A DNA stretch of 63,290 nt, filler included, from Guillardia theta CCMP2712 (lineage: Eukaryota; Protista; Cryptophyta), in NCBI RefSeq assembly GCF_000315625.1. It is 4 parts of 4 records of this genome, joined end to end, with 100 filler letters (N's around TTAATTAATTAA, not from the genome) between each part and the next. Parts side by side here need not be neighbours in the genome. Positions count along the whole stretch, not along the records: positions 26,294 to 53,949 come from NW_005434404.1; positions 54,050 to 60,707 come from NW_005434200.1; positions 60,808 to 63,290 come from NW_005434530.1; 1 more part is not named here. One strand, 5' to 3'. This document shows positions 48,151-60,939 of the stretch, one piece after another. A program made the translations under genes and the position numbers. Within the stretch, counting starts at the first letter, position 1. Every line of letters begins with the position of its first letter. The notes under the pieces were generated by a model. That model did no database searches. It had not been told where the DNA came from and was given only the letters and a program-made list of their open reading frames with translations.

Positions 48151-51100
48151 GCGTCCCCCCCCATCAGCAATGGCTCATGCGAACAAGACCGTGGCATCGG
48201 ACATCTGCTGCTGGATGGGCTCTGGGGGGGGAGTATGGAACATGTGCACATGCGAGAAACAACCCAATGCATCTGCAGAGCTCTACAGCACGCGCAAGAT
48301 ACAGGTTACAAGGAATGGCAAGCTGCAGAGCTCACCATGGAACGTATACCTAACCGGATGGAAAGGCGAGAAGACGGCCAAGAACGCGCAGGCGATCTAC
48401 AGGCGACCCAGGCATCTGAAGATGCACGGCTACAGGAGAGATTGGAAGACGAGCAGGAGCAAGGAGGACAAGGATCAACGAAGCTCATAGCCGCGACGGT
48501 CCTGCAACTACAAGACAGGTCAGCACAGGTAGACATCCTGACGTCCTCCCCTCCCCCACCTCCTGCTTCATGCCCCGTCTCTCCACTCCAGCCACCTCCT
48601 CCGCCACAAGCAATGCACACAGCGCCAATCTCGAAGAATGACAAGGAGACAAGGGGAGAGGAGGAGCTACCAGGCCCAACAAAGATGCAAGATGGGAACT
48701 CGTCTCACCTTCAATGGGCAACGGAGGCGGAGGAGCAAATCCTACCAGCAGGCAGCAAACCACCCACGACTACCACCGACAGGTCAGTGCAATCAACATG
48801 GGTGGAAACGCACAGGAAGGACAACGCCCCTGGCAACATCATTTCTCACAATGTCAATGGATGCAGTCAATTTGTGCTGAAACACATCCTAGGATACCTG
48901 ATTGAAACATATCAACCAACAGTCGTGCTACTTCAAGAAGTTTTGGTCGGGGGAAAACGAAAGGAGGCAGATCTCCGAATGATGATCAAGAAAGAATGGG
49001 GATGCTACCGAGTGTTCATGACGAAAGGTGCAGGGGAGGGGAGAAAGGGTAAGAGTGATCTTCGCCTTGTGACGCTAGTACATGCGGACCTTCTCCCTCG
49101 TCCCTCCCCCCTGCTCTGCCGCCGCGCTGACATGTTGGAAGAGCAGAATCTCCAAAAAAGAATACAACTTTTACAGATCGGAAAAAAAGAACCGATAGGG
49201 ATCTGTAACACCCACTTTCCTACTGCAGCGCAAGGGGAGGATCAAGACGAGATGTGGGCAACGCTGAGCCAGATGCTCAAGACGGAGCCAAGTGTCAAGC
49301 TCACCATCATAGGAGGCGACTTCAATGCATCTCGACAACATCCAGAGATCCCCATGAGAGTCGGATACGGGAGCAAATCGAGTGTGCACCGTGCAGATGA
49401 GAGAATGGAACAAGGCTTAAACGAACTTGGACGATCCCAGATGGTCACTTGCGAGAAGATGAGCAGAAGCAGCACGCACTTCACCTTCTCCACATGGTAC
49501 AAGCAGGGTCATCACCAAGCAAAACTGGATCATGTCTTTGCATTACACCATCCATCTTGCACAGTAAGCTTAATATCGCAGACCGCAGAGGATTGCATCA
49601 TAGGAGCCGCAGTCGACCACAGAGCACTTGTAGTGAATGTGAGCTCGCTCGATGCTGAGGGTGAGCAAGCCATCCCAAAGATTGAAATCCTCCCGCAAAG
49701 GAGGGATCGAGAAGCAACCCCTCGACGAAAGAAAAGGGTGGTCGAGATGGACAAGCTATCGGGAAGACTAGGCGTGGAATGGGCAATAGCACTTGATGAG
49801 AAGATAAAAGCGGCACAAGCTCTACATCAAGATTGCGACATTCTCGAATTGATAACAACAGCCCTCCCCATCAAGGAAATTCCGCTACGAGGCTCCAGCG
49901 GGAAAAGACATGCATCCAAAATTCAGATGGATCTGAAACGCAAAATCAAGCAACTTCACAAGGACTTAAGAAACGCTTCAGAAATTCCAGACTTTATTGA
50001 TCGCGCACACAAGGAGTCGAGCTTACATGCAAAAATAAGAGAGAATATGACCAAATTCAAGGAGATCTGCGCAGCACAAGACCAAGAGATATTCCTGAAA
50101 ACATGCGAAGAACAAAGAAGACGCTTGGGCACGATAGGGAGTAAAGAGTCTCAAAATGCAATGGGCAAGAAGTCAGACTTTAAGCCCAAAGCCCCAATGC
50201 TGAGTCAACTGCCAGAGAAGTGCCACCCAAACACAATCGAACTTACGTCATGGAGAGATCTCCAGCCAGCGCTGCAACAGCCGGAGACAGCATATCTTCA
50301 AGAACTGAACCCGTTAATCGAGACATTCCTCCAGAGCAACTCCAAAGAATCAAGCAAAACCTTTTGGAGTGCAAGACATCAAACCATGCTGCACGTCGAG
50401 GTTCTCGGGGCGAGGAACCAGGCAACACTGACACAAAAGCTGTTCATAACTCTGGCGCCTGCACACGCAATCGTACCCATCATCCGAGGACTGATCACAC
50501 AGCCAGGAGGGTGGCGCCTGGAAGGATACAAAAACATCGAGCAATTCCTCCCCATGAGATTGGCAAGAGATCTAGAAGATGAAACCCACACGGCAACCTT
50601 CTTTGCAGTCAACGGATGTACCATGAACGGAACCTGTGCAAGAGCTGAATGTCAAACAAAAGGACGACTGATTCCGTTATATGACAAAAGCCAGAAAAAC
50701 GAAGAAGCATCAATCCTCTTCTTCTGCAAAAGCTGTCAATCACTGACTTCCGTCAAACCACCGGACTTCGAACCCCCAGAGCAAATCAATCAACACCCGA
50801 CCAGGGATGTAGAGATAGCTTACCCGCTGGAGCCAGGCGAGATCCAAGTATGGATTCAAAAACTGGCCAACCGGAAAGCAGCAGGCATGGATTTGATTTC
50901 AAACGAGATTCTGAAAGCTCTGCCTGACAGTGCAAAGGAGGAAATAGGCAAGACAATCAGCCGAGCCTTGATCGGAGACAAGCAAACACTAAAGATGCTC
51001 GCGAGAGTTAGGCTCCTCCCAAAAAATGAGATATGTCACGTCTTGGAGAATCAAAGACCTATATGCGTCCTCTCCTCGATAACGAGGATCTTCCAGGCAG

Positions 51101-53949
51101 TCATAGCGCACAGACTGGCAAAAGCTGCTGAAAAACATAAGCTACTCACTAACAACCAGGAAGGTTTCAGACCAGAGGGAGGAACGATCAGGCAGGGTCA
51201 TCGTCTACTCAACATCATCGAGGAGGCTCAGAGTAATCAACACGACCTCATCCTGCTGTACCTCGACTTTGCAAACTTCTCTAACAATGTGGCAGTCGAA
51301 TCCATTGCAAAAATCATGGAAGTATATGGCTTTCACCAGTGTGATGTAGACGTCGCAATCAGTTGTAGCCAAGGGATAGCGCTGCAAATTCAGACAGAGA
51401 GGTTCGAAACAGCAGCCATCCCACTTCTCAGAGGATTACCCCAAGGCAGCCCCGCAAGTCCGCCAAAAACAAATCTTCTGCTCAGCATCTTGTCCAAACA
51501 ACTTGATCAACAACAAGACGAGATTGCAACTCAACACCCTAATAATCTGTCATTTGCAGACGACCTTGTCCTGATAGCACATTCAGTGAGAGAGATGAAA
51601 ACGCTTGTCCAAGTGGTAGAGCGATTCTGTCGATGGAGTGGATTAGAACTGAACACGAAGAAATCTGAAATCACCAGCTTTGATTATCGGCTAAGAAGGG
51701 AGATCCCAGGAACACAGACCATCAAGTTCTTCGACAAGGAGTTTGTGAACCTACCACCGACAAAATGGTTCAAATATCTAGGGATCCGGATCAGCTTGTG
51801 GAGACCAGGAGGAAGAGGCAACAAGGCGCACACCTGCCCCTTCACGTGGGGAGAGAAAGAACACATCTTGGAGAAGACAAAAGAACTGACCAAGCTGATT
51901 GAATCATCTGCTTACTCGGCAGCCCAAAAATATTACCTGGTGAAGGTAGGCATCGTCAATATATTTAGATACTCGGCGGTACTGGTGAGCTGGTCTTGGT
52001 CAGACTTACAAACCTTAGATACCCTCTGGACCAGAGCATTCAAAAGAGCTATGGGATTGAGCAAGAGTACAAGCAACGCTATCTTTCACCTACCTTGGGA
52101 CAAAGGAGGCCTCCAACTCCCCCATCCAGCACCCATCTTGGGAAGGGCGGCGATTCGGTATCTAGAGAAAGAAACGAATAAGAAATGCAGGGTGGATGAT
52201 GATATCAAAAGCAGTCTGATCCACAAACTAACATCATGGTGCAACCAATGGGGGTGTCAAACAATAAACCAGCTACAACGAGAAATCAGATCGGGCAGAC
52301 TCAAAGAGAACGAAGAGATAAGAGGACCGGAGAGACTCGCAATCTGGATAGCGGAAAAAATGCAGACCACCATCAGTTGGGAAATGATTGAAAGCAAGAT
52401 GAAACCGGGGACAATAGCCATCTTACATGACCTGGAGGACAAGATGCTCTCAGAAGAAAACTCCCTGCTGTCCGGAGAAAACTCCCTACCTACATCTCCT
52501 GCTCGGCAAGGCTGGGAGAGTTTTGCAAAGGCATGGAGACTACTGCCCCAAGTAGGCTTCCACTCCATGACAAGTGTCTTACCCGTCCCAGATACCGAGG
52601 GCATCTCCCTGCACCTGCCCATCCGACTCTGGCCATTCCCAAAGCAAAGGGAACAAGCAGAAGACATCCTTGCACAATATCTGCAAGCGAATGTCATCTG
52701 GGCAAAACTCGGACTTGAGCAGGCAGGAACAGGGAAGAGAAGAAGGCCAGCCAGGGAGGAGGGGAAGCCTCTAAACAAGAGAAGGAAAGGAAAAAGGGAG
52801 GCTAGCCCACATGAACTTCAGCCACACAAGAAACTAGCCAGACCGGACCAAGGGAGAGAGGAAACGAATACGAAGGCTTGTACCCGGGTAATTTTGAGGC
52901 GGTGGCTCCAACATGACCCCACCTGTTATGATGAAGGAGGGAATCAGCAAGAAAGATTCTGTTACACTACAAGCAACATACCTTTCAAAGTTCAAGGGAA
53001 CATAGCCATCTTTGAGCGATCTCAAATTGAAGAAAGCAAGACCGTGGATCCACCAATAGAATGGTTGGAAGCGTCACTGGACTCGGCTCCCTTCGCATCT
53101 GCAACAAGGGAAGAGGACGGTAATAACCGAAGAGACTGCAATCAAAGCATCCATCTGCTGCTGGAAATAGTTAATGCATTGGACGACGGCGAAACAGAAG
53201 CTACAGCATGGTGGCAACAACTCGAGGAGGTAGTATCAGAGGTTCGCCAAGAAACAACACAACCATTGGCATACGAGTTTTTACAACATCTAGCAGAGAT
53301 TACAGCATGCGACATCAGTACATTTCGTAACTGGCCTACCCTACACACACATCCCCAGGCTCTGGACAAGAAGAGAGCAAGGGAACTGCACAGAGTGGTG
53401 GTTTGGATGGACAAACAAAAGAGATTTCGTGAACAAATCCTGGATACAATACATGTCATTCTGATAGGATGGAAGAATAACATTGATGAGATACCAGAAG
53501 GTTTTGAAATTATCAGCCGGGTCCCGAAAGGCGCTCAAATAGCTTATGCAGCAAACTTCTGGCAATCAGGGAATAGGTGTTTGATGAAGACTGCAGAGGA
53601 GTTATGGATACTAGTTAGGCACACACTCCCAACATACTTACGAGTCCAGCTTCAGGACAACATCCTCCCAACGTATGAGGAGCTGTGTAACAGACGAAGG
53701 GATCAGATCCAGCCGTGCAGCGATCATCAAGGCGGAAGGCATTTCACAGCAGCTATTGAAGGAGACATCATGCAGGGCAGAAAAAACAGATCCATGCGAG
53801 TAGGATATGTTCTCCAACAAAAAGAGATGACGTCAGGAGGAGGGATGAAAATCAATGGGAAGTGCAGCATCATCCGAGCGAACACAATCGCAATCGGTTT
53901 ACTTCTGCAACATGTCCTTGAGGAAGGAATACAGATCAAAAGGGAAATC
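48022..53949 (+). CDS. ORF2 main part: APE endonuclease (~48835-49640), CX4C..CX2C motif (~50630-50740), reverse transcriptase (~50870-51800), long C-terminus with RNase H-like remnant (~53740-53949)
   Basis: APE: ISHNVNG, VVLLQEV, IIGGDFNA, KLDHVF, VDHRAL. RT: KAAGMD, RPICVLS, QEGFR, LYLDF, GLPQGSPASP, FADDLVL, GLELNTKKS, FKYLGI. Confidence 0.93.
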
Positions 53950-54256
53950 NNNNNNNNNNNNNNNNNNNNNNNNNNNNNNNNNNNNNNNNNNNNTTAATTA
54001 ATTAANNNNNNNNNNNNNNNNNNNNNNNNNNNNNNNNNNNNNNNNNNNNCCATTTTAGAGGACGGAGGAGGGAGTTGCAAGACAGCGAAGCGAAGTATCT
54101 TCCTGAAGAATCAAGGATGGGAAGCTATGATTCACGTCCACAGGGCTTAGATGGGTGAGAAGGATGAGCGTGAGAACCTGAGAGCCTCCGAGGCGGCGAA
54201 GACTCTGACAAGAGCAGAGGAGAGGAGGATTGGGTGCCGACAAGTTAATATCTTCG

Positions 54257-54420
54257 TTACTCAAAGTTAAGTTTAAAATCAGTACGAGGACAATCAGGTT
54301 AAAATCAGTACGAGTCAAGGTAGAATTCCTTTACTCAAAGAAGAGAGTTATAAATCAGTACGAGTCAAGGTAGAATTCCTTTACTCAAAGAAGAGAGTTA
54401 TAAATCAGTACGAGTCAAGG
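54257..54420. repeat. TTACTCAAAGTTAAG..AAATCAG motif followed by a 50-bp repeat x2.4 derived from it
   Basis: Period 50 (54301, 54351, 54401); the motif also occurs at 5792 and 28327. Confidence 0.75.
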
Positions 54421-54660
54421 ATTCCCAAACTTTAGCTGACCCGGCTGCCCGGCCCGGGCCCGGAGACGGTTAGTTAAGGGTCGCCGAGTTGAGTAAAAGG
54501 TTTGTTGAGCTGGGAGAGAGCGCACAGGTTTGTGCTGAGAGCGATGCAGTGAGGAGGCGGAGGGGAAGACAGAGATCAGAGAAGCAGAGTGACAAAAGAA
54601 AGAATGAACTTCGGAAGAAGAACACGCTTAGCCGGCTCTTGTTCACAAATCCAGGTGAAG

Positions 54661-56348
54661 ATGGAGGGTCTGTCAGATATTCTTGATGGAGGAGACCACA
54701 TTTCTCCGTGTATAGTCCTCACCGTCAGTCTTTCCTCGAGGAAGAGTGGTGCAGGTCTACCTGTGAGCACAAGGCAATGGAACGGCTACGTTGCTCTACC
54801 TGCGATAGAAAGACTTTGCAGTTGTATGTCCCTTGATCCTTGGACGACACGTTCAACTCATGTATGACATGAAGAGAGTTTCTAGCACACTGCTGATCGC
54901 TTCTGACCACTGCAATCAACAGAGATATCCTTCTTGTTTTTTCTCATGCGATNNNNNNNNNNNNNNNNNNNNNNNNNNNNNNNNNNNNNNNNNNNNNNNN
55001 NNNNNNNNNNNNNNNNNNNNNNNNNNNNNNNNNNNNNNNNNNNNNNNNNNNNNNNNNNNNNNNNNNNNNNNNNNNNNNNNNNATGCAGTTTTCTCCTGGA
55101 GGCCAGAAGTTTCGAAGCAAGCATATGGTCGATAGTATTGTAAGTGACATCGATACCTCGTGAGAGTTCGCCGACCAACAACTTCTGACGACCAGTTGCA
55201 GATGCTTTACGATTTCGGTAAAACCAATTCAGAAGTCATCGCAAAGGTAATTGAGCTCTGTACGTCAGCATGAAAAATGTTTGATATTCCTCCTTTTGAA
55301 GGTTCTTTCGAAGAATCATGCAGCAGTAGCCGGGATGATTACATGCGTTGAATCTAGGTAAACGTTGCTACTACCTCGTTCATATAAGAGCTGTAAGCGC
55401 ATTTACAGTACACCTGATGAAGCAGCCCTCAGTGAGAGTTACGATGGACCTCAACGAGCCGACCGTGCTCTCCAAGCAATGGTCATCCGATCAATGACGT
55501 CGTTGGGATTTCAAGACTTTTTCTCGGCTTCAGACTTTTATCAAGTGGAACCCGGATGCAAGCTCTTCCCTGAATACATGTCTTTCACAACCACCTTCAG
55601 CACCAATAGTATCGGCAGCAGCACCATCAGCAGCACAAGCAGCGGCATGACAAGCAGAACCATAACAACAAGCAGCTCCTCAAGCAGCTCCTCAAGCAGC
55701 ATCACAAGCAGCATCACAAGCAGCAGCAGCAACAGCATCGCATGCAGCAGCATCGCAGGCAACAGCATCGCAGGCAGCAGCAGCACCAGCACCAGCACCA
55801 GCACCAGCACCAGCACCAGCACCAGCACCAGCACCAGCACCAGCAGCACCAGCACCAGCACCAGCACCAGCACCAGCACCAGCAGCACCAGCACTTCGGT
55901 TTGTTGTCCTGCATTTTCCTTGTCCAATCAAGCTGAAAGCGTCAGCTCGATGAAGGCAGAAGACAAATCCTTGACTACAAGACCTCTTAGTGAAGATAGC
56001 GGACGAGGTTCTGCCAACTCGATCACAACCATTCGGACAGAACATGAAGAGATTCAAAGGGATAAATNNNNNNNNNNNNNNNNNNNNNNNNNNNNNNNNN
56101 NNNNNNNNNNNNNNNNNNNNNNNNNNNNNNNNNNNNNNNNNNNNNNNNNNNNNNNNNNNNNNNNNNNCTACAGGTACAGCTAGTGAGCTATCGCAGTCTA
56201 CAAGTACAGCTAGCGAGCTATCGCAGCCTACAAGTACAGCTAGTGAGCTATCGCAGTCTACAAGTACAGCTAGTGAGCTATCGCAGTCTACAAGTACAGC
56301 TAGTGAGCTATCGCAGTCTACAAGTACAGCTAGTGAGCTATCGCAGTC
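54661..56348 (+). CDS. Probable 5' exons (Ser/Thr-rich, TASELSQSTS 30-nt repeats) of the gene below; gapped
   Basis: Same strand, open frames running into the gaps; linkage unproven. Confidence 0.4.
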
Positions 56349-56941
56349 NNNNNNNNNNNNNNNNNNNNNNNNNNNNNNNNNNNNNNNNNNNNNNNNNNNN
56401 NNNNNNNNNNNNNNNNNNNNNNNNNNNNNNNNNNNNNNNNNNNNNNNNNNNNNNNNNNNNNNNNNNNNNNNNNNNNNNNNNNNNNNNNNNNNNNNNNNNN
56501 NNNNNNNNNNNNNNNNNNNNNNNNNNNNNNNNNNNNNNNNNNNNNNNNNNNNNNNNNNNNNNNNNNNNNNNNNNNNNNNNNNNNNNNNNNNNNNNNNNNN
56601 NNNNNNNNNNNNNNNNNNNNNNNNNNNNNNNNNNNNNNNNNNNNNNNNNNNNNNNNNNNNNNNNNNNNNNNNNNNNNNNNNNNNNNNNNNNNNNNNNNNN
56701 NNNNNNNNNNNNNNNNNNNNNNNNNNNNNNNNNNNNNNNNNNNNNNNNNNNNNNNNNNNNNNNNNNNNNNNNNNNNNNNNNNNNNNNNNNNNNNNNNNNN
56801 NNNNNNNNNNNNNNNNNNNNNNNNNNNNNNNNNNNNNNNNNNNNNNNNNNNNNNNNNNNNNNNNNNNNNNNNNNNNNNNNNNNNNNNNNNNNNNNNNNNN
56901 NNNNNNNNNNNNNNNNNNNNNNNNNNNNNNNNNNNNNNNNN

Positions 56942-59900
56942 CAAGCACAGTTCAACCACCCGACCTAGCATCAACACATCCGTCATCCAGACATAGTGGC
57001 TCAAAACCAAATTCAACATTGTCTGAAGCGTCAAGCAGCGCCTTGCCTGGCTTCGGGCAGACGAGCAGCGCCTTGCCAGGCTTCGGGCAGACGAGCAGCG
57101 CCTTGTCAGGCTTCGGGCAGACGAGCAGCGCCTTGCCAGGCTTCGGGCAGACGAGCAGCGCCTTGCCAGGCTTCGGGCAGACGAGCAGCGCCTTGTCAGG
57201 CTTCGGGCAGACGAGCAGCGCCTTGCCAGGCTTCGGGCAGACGAGCAGCGCCTTGTCAGGCTTCGGGGGCAGCACCGGGTCAGCATTCGGCGGAGCAGCT
57301 GGGCTCGGATCAGGAGGCAGCCAGGCGTCGTCGAGCGCTGGAGCGAGCTTGAGCTCGAGCGCGGCATCGAGCAGCGGGTCAGGCTTCGGGCAGACGAGCA
57401 GCGCCTTGTCAGGCTTCGGGCAGACGAGCAGCGCCTTGTCAGGCTTCGGGCAGACGAGCAGCGCCTTGTCAGGCTTCGGGGGCAGCACCGGGTCAGGATT
57501 CGGCGGAGCAGCTGGGCTCGGATCAGGAGGCAGCCAGGCGTCGTCGAGCGCTGGAGCGAGCTTGAGCTCGAGCGCGGCATCGAGCAGCGGGTCAGGCTTC
57601 GGGCAGACGAGCAGCGCCTTGTCAGGCTTCGGGCAGACGAGCAGCGCTTTATCAGGCTTCGGGCAGACGAGCAGCGCCTTGTCAGGCTTCGGGGGCAGCA
57701 CCGGGTCAGCATTCGGCGGAGCAGCTGGGCTCGGATCAGGAGGCAGCCAGGCGTCGTCGAGCGCTGGAGCGAGCTTGAGCTCGAGCGCGGCATCGAGCAG
57801 CGGGTCAGGCTTCGGGCAGACGAGCAGCGCCTTGCCTGGCTTCGGGGGCAGCACCGGGTCAGGATTCGGCGGAGCAGCTGGGCTCGGATCAGGAGGCAGC
57901 CAGGCGTCGTCGAGCGCTGGAGCGAGCTTGAGCTCGAGCGCGGCATCGAGCAGCGGGTCAGGCTTCGGGCAGACGAGCAGCGCCTTGTCAGGCTTCGGGC
58001 AGACGAGCAGCGCTTTATCAGGCTTCGGGCAGACGAGCAGCGCCTTGTCAGGCTCGGGGGCAGCACCGGGTCAGCATTCGGCGGAGCAGCTGGGCTCGGA
58101 TCAGGAGGCAGCCAGGCGTCGTCGAGCGCTGGAGCGAGCTTGAGCTCGAGCGCGGCATCGAGCAGCGGGTCAGGCTTCGGGCAGACGAGCAGCGCCTTGC
58201 CAGGCTTCGGGGGCAGCACCGGGTCAGGATTCGGCGGAGCAGCTGGGCTCGGATCAGGAGGCAGCCAGGCGTCGTCGAGCGCTGGAGCGAGCTTGAGCTC
58301 GAGCGCGGCATCGAGCAGCGGGTCAGGCTTCGGGCAGACGAGCAGCGCCTTGTCAGGCTTCGGGCAGACGAGCAGCGCCTTGTCAGGCTTCGGGCAGACG
58401 AGCAGCGGGTCAGACGTTGGGGATGGAAAGTCATGTGGCACTCAGGACACCCGGATCTGCAAGTATGAAGCTAGTCAAGGGCCTGATGGTACAGGTACCA
58501 CCTCTGCGAGTACACGAGGGTTGTATCTTTCGATTACGCACATGGCTGTATACTCGGGGAGCTCTTTTGAAGAACTCAGAGTCGGGGATTACTTGCTCAA
58601 ACGTTGTTTCCTTGAGCCGGGGAACCCGAGCCCAGCAGGCAGGACCGATGAACCATGTCCATTTGGATTTGGTAACAACTCTGGTTTTGCTGCTGTGAAT
58701 GGTTCAATGATTGGAGAAGCAACTCCGGCGTTTCCTCCTGCGCCATTGTTTCCGTCGAAACCGCAAGACCCAAGGTTCGCGCAGGTAGAGCATGTGCAGT
58801 TNNNNNNNNNNNNNNNNNNNNNNNNNNNNNNNNNNNNNNNNNNNNNNNNNNNNNNNNNNNNNNNNNNNNNNNNNNNNNNNNNNNNNNNNNNNNNNNNNNN
58901 NNNNNNNNNNNNNNNNNNNNNNNNNNNNNNNNNNNNNNNNNNNNNNNNNNNNNNNNNNNNNNNNNNNNNNNNNNNNNNNNNGGGGAAGCAGCTGGGATCT
59001 ATCGGCTTTCACAGCCACGACGGCAAGTTGCACTATTGCACGAAGGACATGTTTTCATCCGATCACATTGACTTCGGACCAAAATGCATGGCGGGAGACA
59101 GGATAGGATGCGGCATACTGAGCTTGACGAATGAGGCCAGTGCGATCTACTTTGTCAGGAATGGGATCGAGATAGGAAGAATGGATCTAGATCCTGACAT
59201 GTCGTTTCCCTTTGCTACCATCACCTCCAGTCATGGCGCCATGGTCGCCTTCGACTGCAAGCCCTGCCCTCCTCGTCCCGCCCTATCAGCTTGCCTTCTT
59301 CAAACTGCAGGCATTGATGTGCTAGACACGGTGACAGGCGAGTGGAGGGCAGGAAAGAAGGTGGGAAAGGAAGGTCCTCGAGGAGTTCCGGTCCTGTTCG
59401 AAGGGTCAGATGTGCTGCATTATGCCAAGGCAGGGGAGGTAAAACCTTCAGAGTCAGGAGCTATAGGAAACAGGAGAGTTTCCTACATGGTCTCTAGCGC
59501 TGGAGATGCTGCAAGCCCACGACACGGTCATCATCCAGAACTCTGAGTTGTCTCAATACTTTCTTGCTACTCTAGAGATCACAAAGCCTTGCAGTATTGT
59601 GGGCTTGTCTTTTTCTTGGAAAATCCCAAGTTGGTATCTGTCGGGTCTGCTGCCCTGAGAATCTCTGCTCCTGGAGTTGTTCTTGACTCTCTCTCCATCA
59701 TGGCTCTTTCATCTCTGAGTAAGAACTCCCCGTTTACCTCGGGTGGCTGTTGTGGAGTGTTGCTGGCGTCAGGTTCTTTGACAATGAAGAACGTAGAAGT
59801 CAGATGCCCCAACGGCTCCGCAGTCTGCATCAACGATACTGGTTGCCATGGGCTTCAAGTAGACGGCTGCAGGGTTGGACCTTGTGGGAGGCATGGTATC

Positions 59901-60707
59901 GTCTTAAGTTCATGCGCTGAGGAAATTATCGTGAAGAATTCAACGATAGAAAAATGTGCAATGATCGGTGTTGCGGCCAATGATCAGTGTAAGGCAAACT
60001 TTATGAACTTGAACATTTCAGGCTGCAACGTTGGTATCCATGCTTCTGGGGCAACCTTCAAGGTATCTGAGACAACCATCAAAGACTGCAAGGAATCAGC
60101 TGTTCGCGTCTTTTGGAATCAACCTTTCAATGCACAAAAAATCCGCTTGGAGACCTGCACGATCGAGAAGTGCTTCAGACCGATCGTGGCCGAGGGGAAG
60201 GGGCTCGAGATCGTTGTCCCCTCCTCTTGCATCATCGAAGGCTGCTCGCTCAAGAACGAAACGAAAGGAGGTGCGGTGATAGACTGGAAGAATGATCCCG
60301 ACCCGCCGGTTCTTGTAGAAGCCTTCACGCCGCAGGACAACTTCAGCCGCTACATGAAACTGATGCTGGGCCTGGGAACTGAAGTCTTGGTGAAGGTGCT
60401 GAGAAAGTGTTACAAGTCGAGAACAGGCAAGAACTGGAACCACAGGACGGGGCGAGAGATAGCCTCTCGGATGAATGACTACCAGCGAAGTAGATTGGGC
60501 AAAGCCATGCTTGAGCGGCTGAAGGAAGACGAAATGGATAGCTGGGACATCACGCTGCTCTCAGCTCTTCTGGTGAACAATCCTGGCTACATGGACTCGT
60601 CGAGCTTGGAACGAGCAGTGGAGTCACTGAGAGATCAGAGGAACGAGTTTGTTCACTCCGGTAGCTTCAAGGACCTCTCCATGGATCACGGCGACTTCCG
60701 ATCGAAG
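56942..60707 (+). CDS. Multidomain protein: FG-like repeats, Nup98-type GLEBS motif, SPRY, right-handed beta-helix, DZIP3-like HEPN
   Basis: (GFGQTSSALS)n; YLSITHMAVYSGSSFEELRVGDY; GSIGFHSHDG..FGPK..GDRIGCG..IYFVRNG; beta-helix repeats; WDITLLSALL..LRDQRNEFVH. One-base slip at ~58053; probable intron 59490-59594. Confidence 0.75.
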
Positions 60708-60939
60708 NNNNNNNNNNNNNNNNNNNNNNNNNNNNNNNNNNNNNNNNNNNNTTAATTAATTAANNNNNNNNNNNNNNNNNNNNNNNNNNNNNNNNNNNNN
60801 NNNNNNNGAGGAGGAGGAGGACAAGGAAGGGGGAGGGGGGAGGGGGGAAAGAAAGCAGAAGGGAGATCGAAAGCAGCAGGAAGAGGAGGGGAGATGAGAA
60901 GACGGGAGCGCAGGAGCAGGAGGCAGTGATGGTCTGTTG

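Larger units (their letters stand above)
44988..53949 (+). mobile_element. Autonomous-type non-LTR retrotransposon inserted in telomeric repeats; 3' end lost in gap
   Basis: Five exact 26-bp repeats at the 5' end (44988-45117) start right after GGGTTT; then ORF1, a TAATG overlap, and ORF2 with Ulp1, APE and RT. Confidence 0.93.

Noticed and set aside
54050-54250. 3' end of the large LINE after the gap
   Set aside because: No CTAATAAACTCA/(TAA)n tail and no telomeric repeat
56942-58600. Calling the gene NUP98
   Set aside because: No autoprotease or Nup96 region; SPRY, beta-helix and HEPN follow instead
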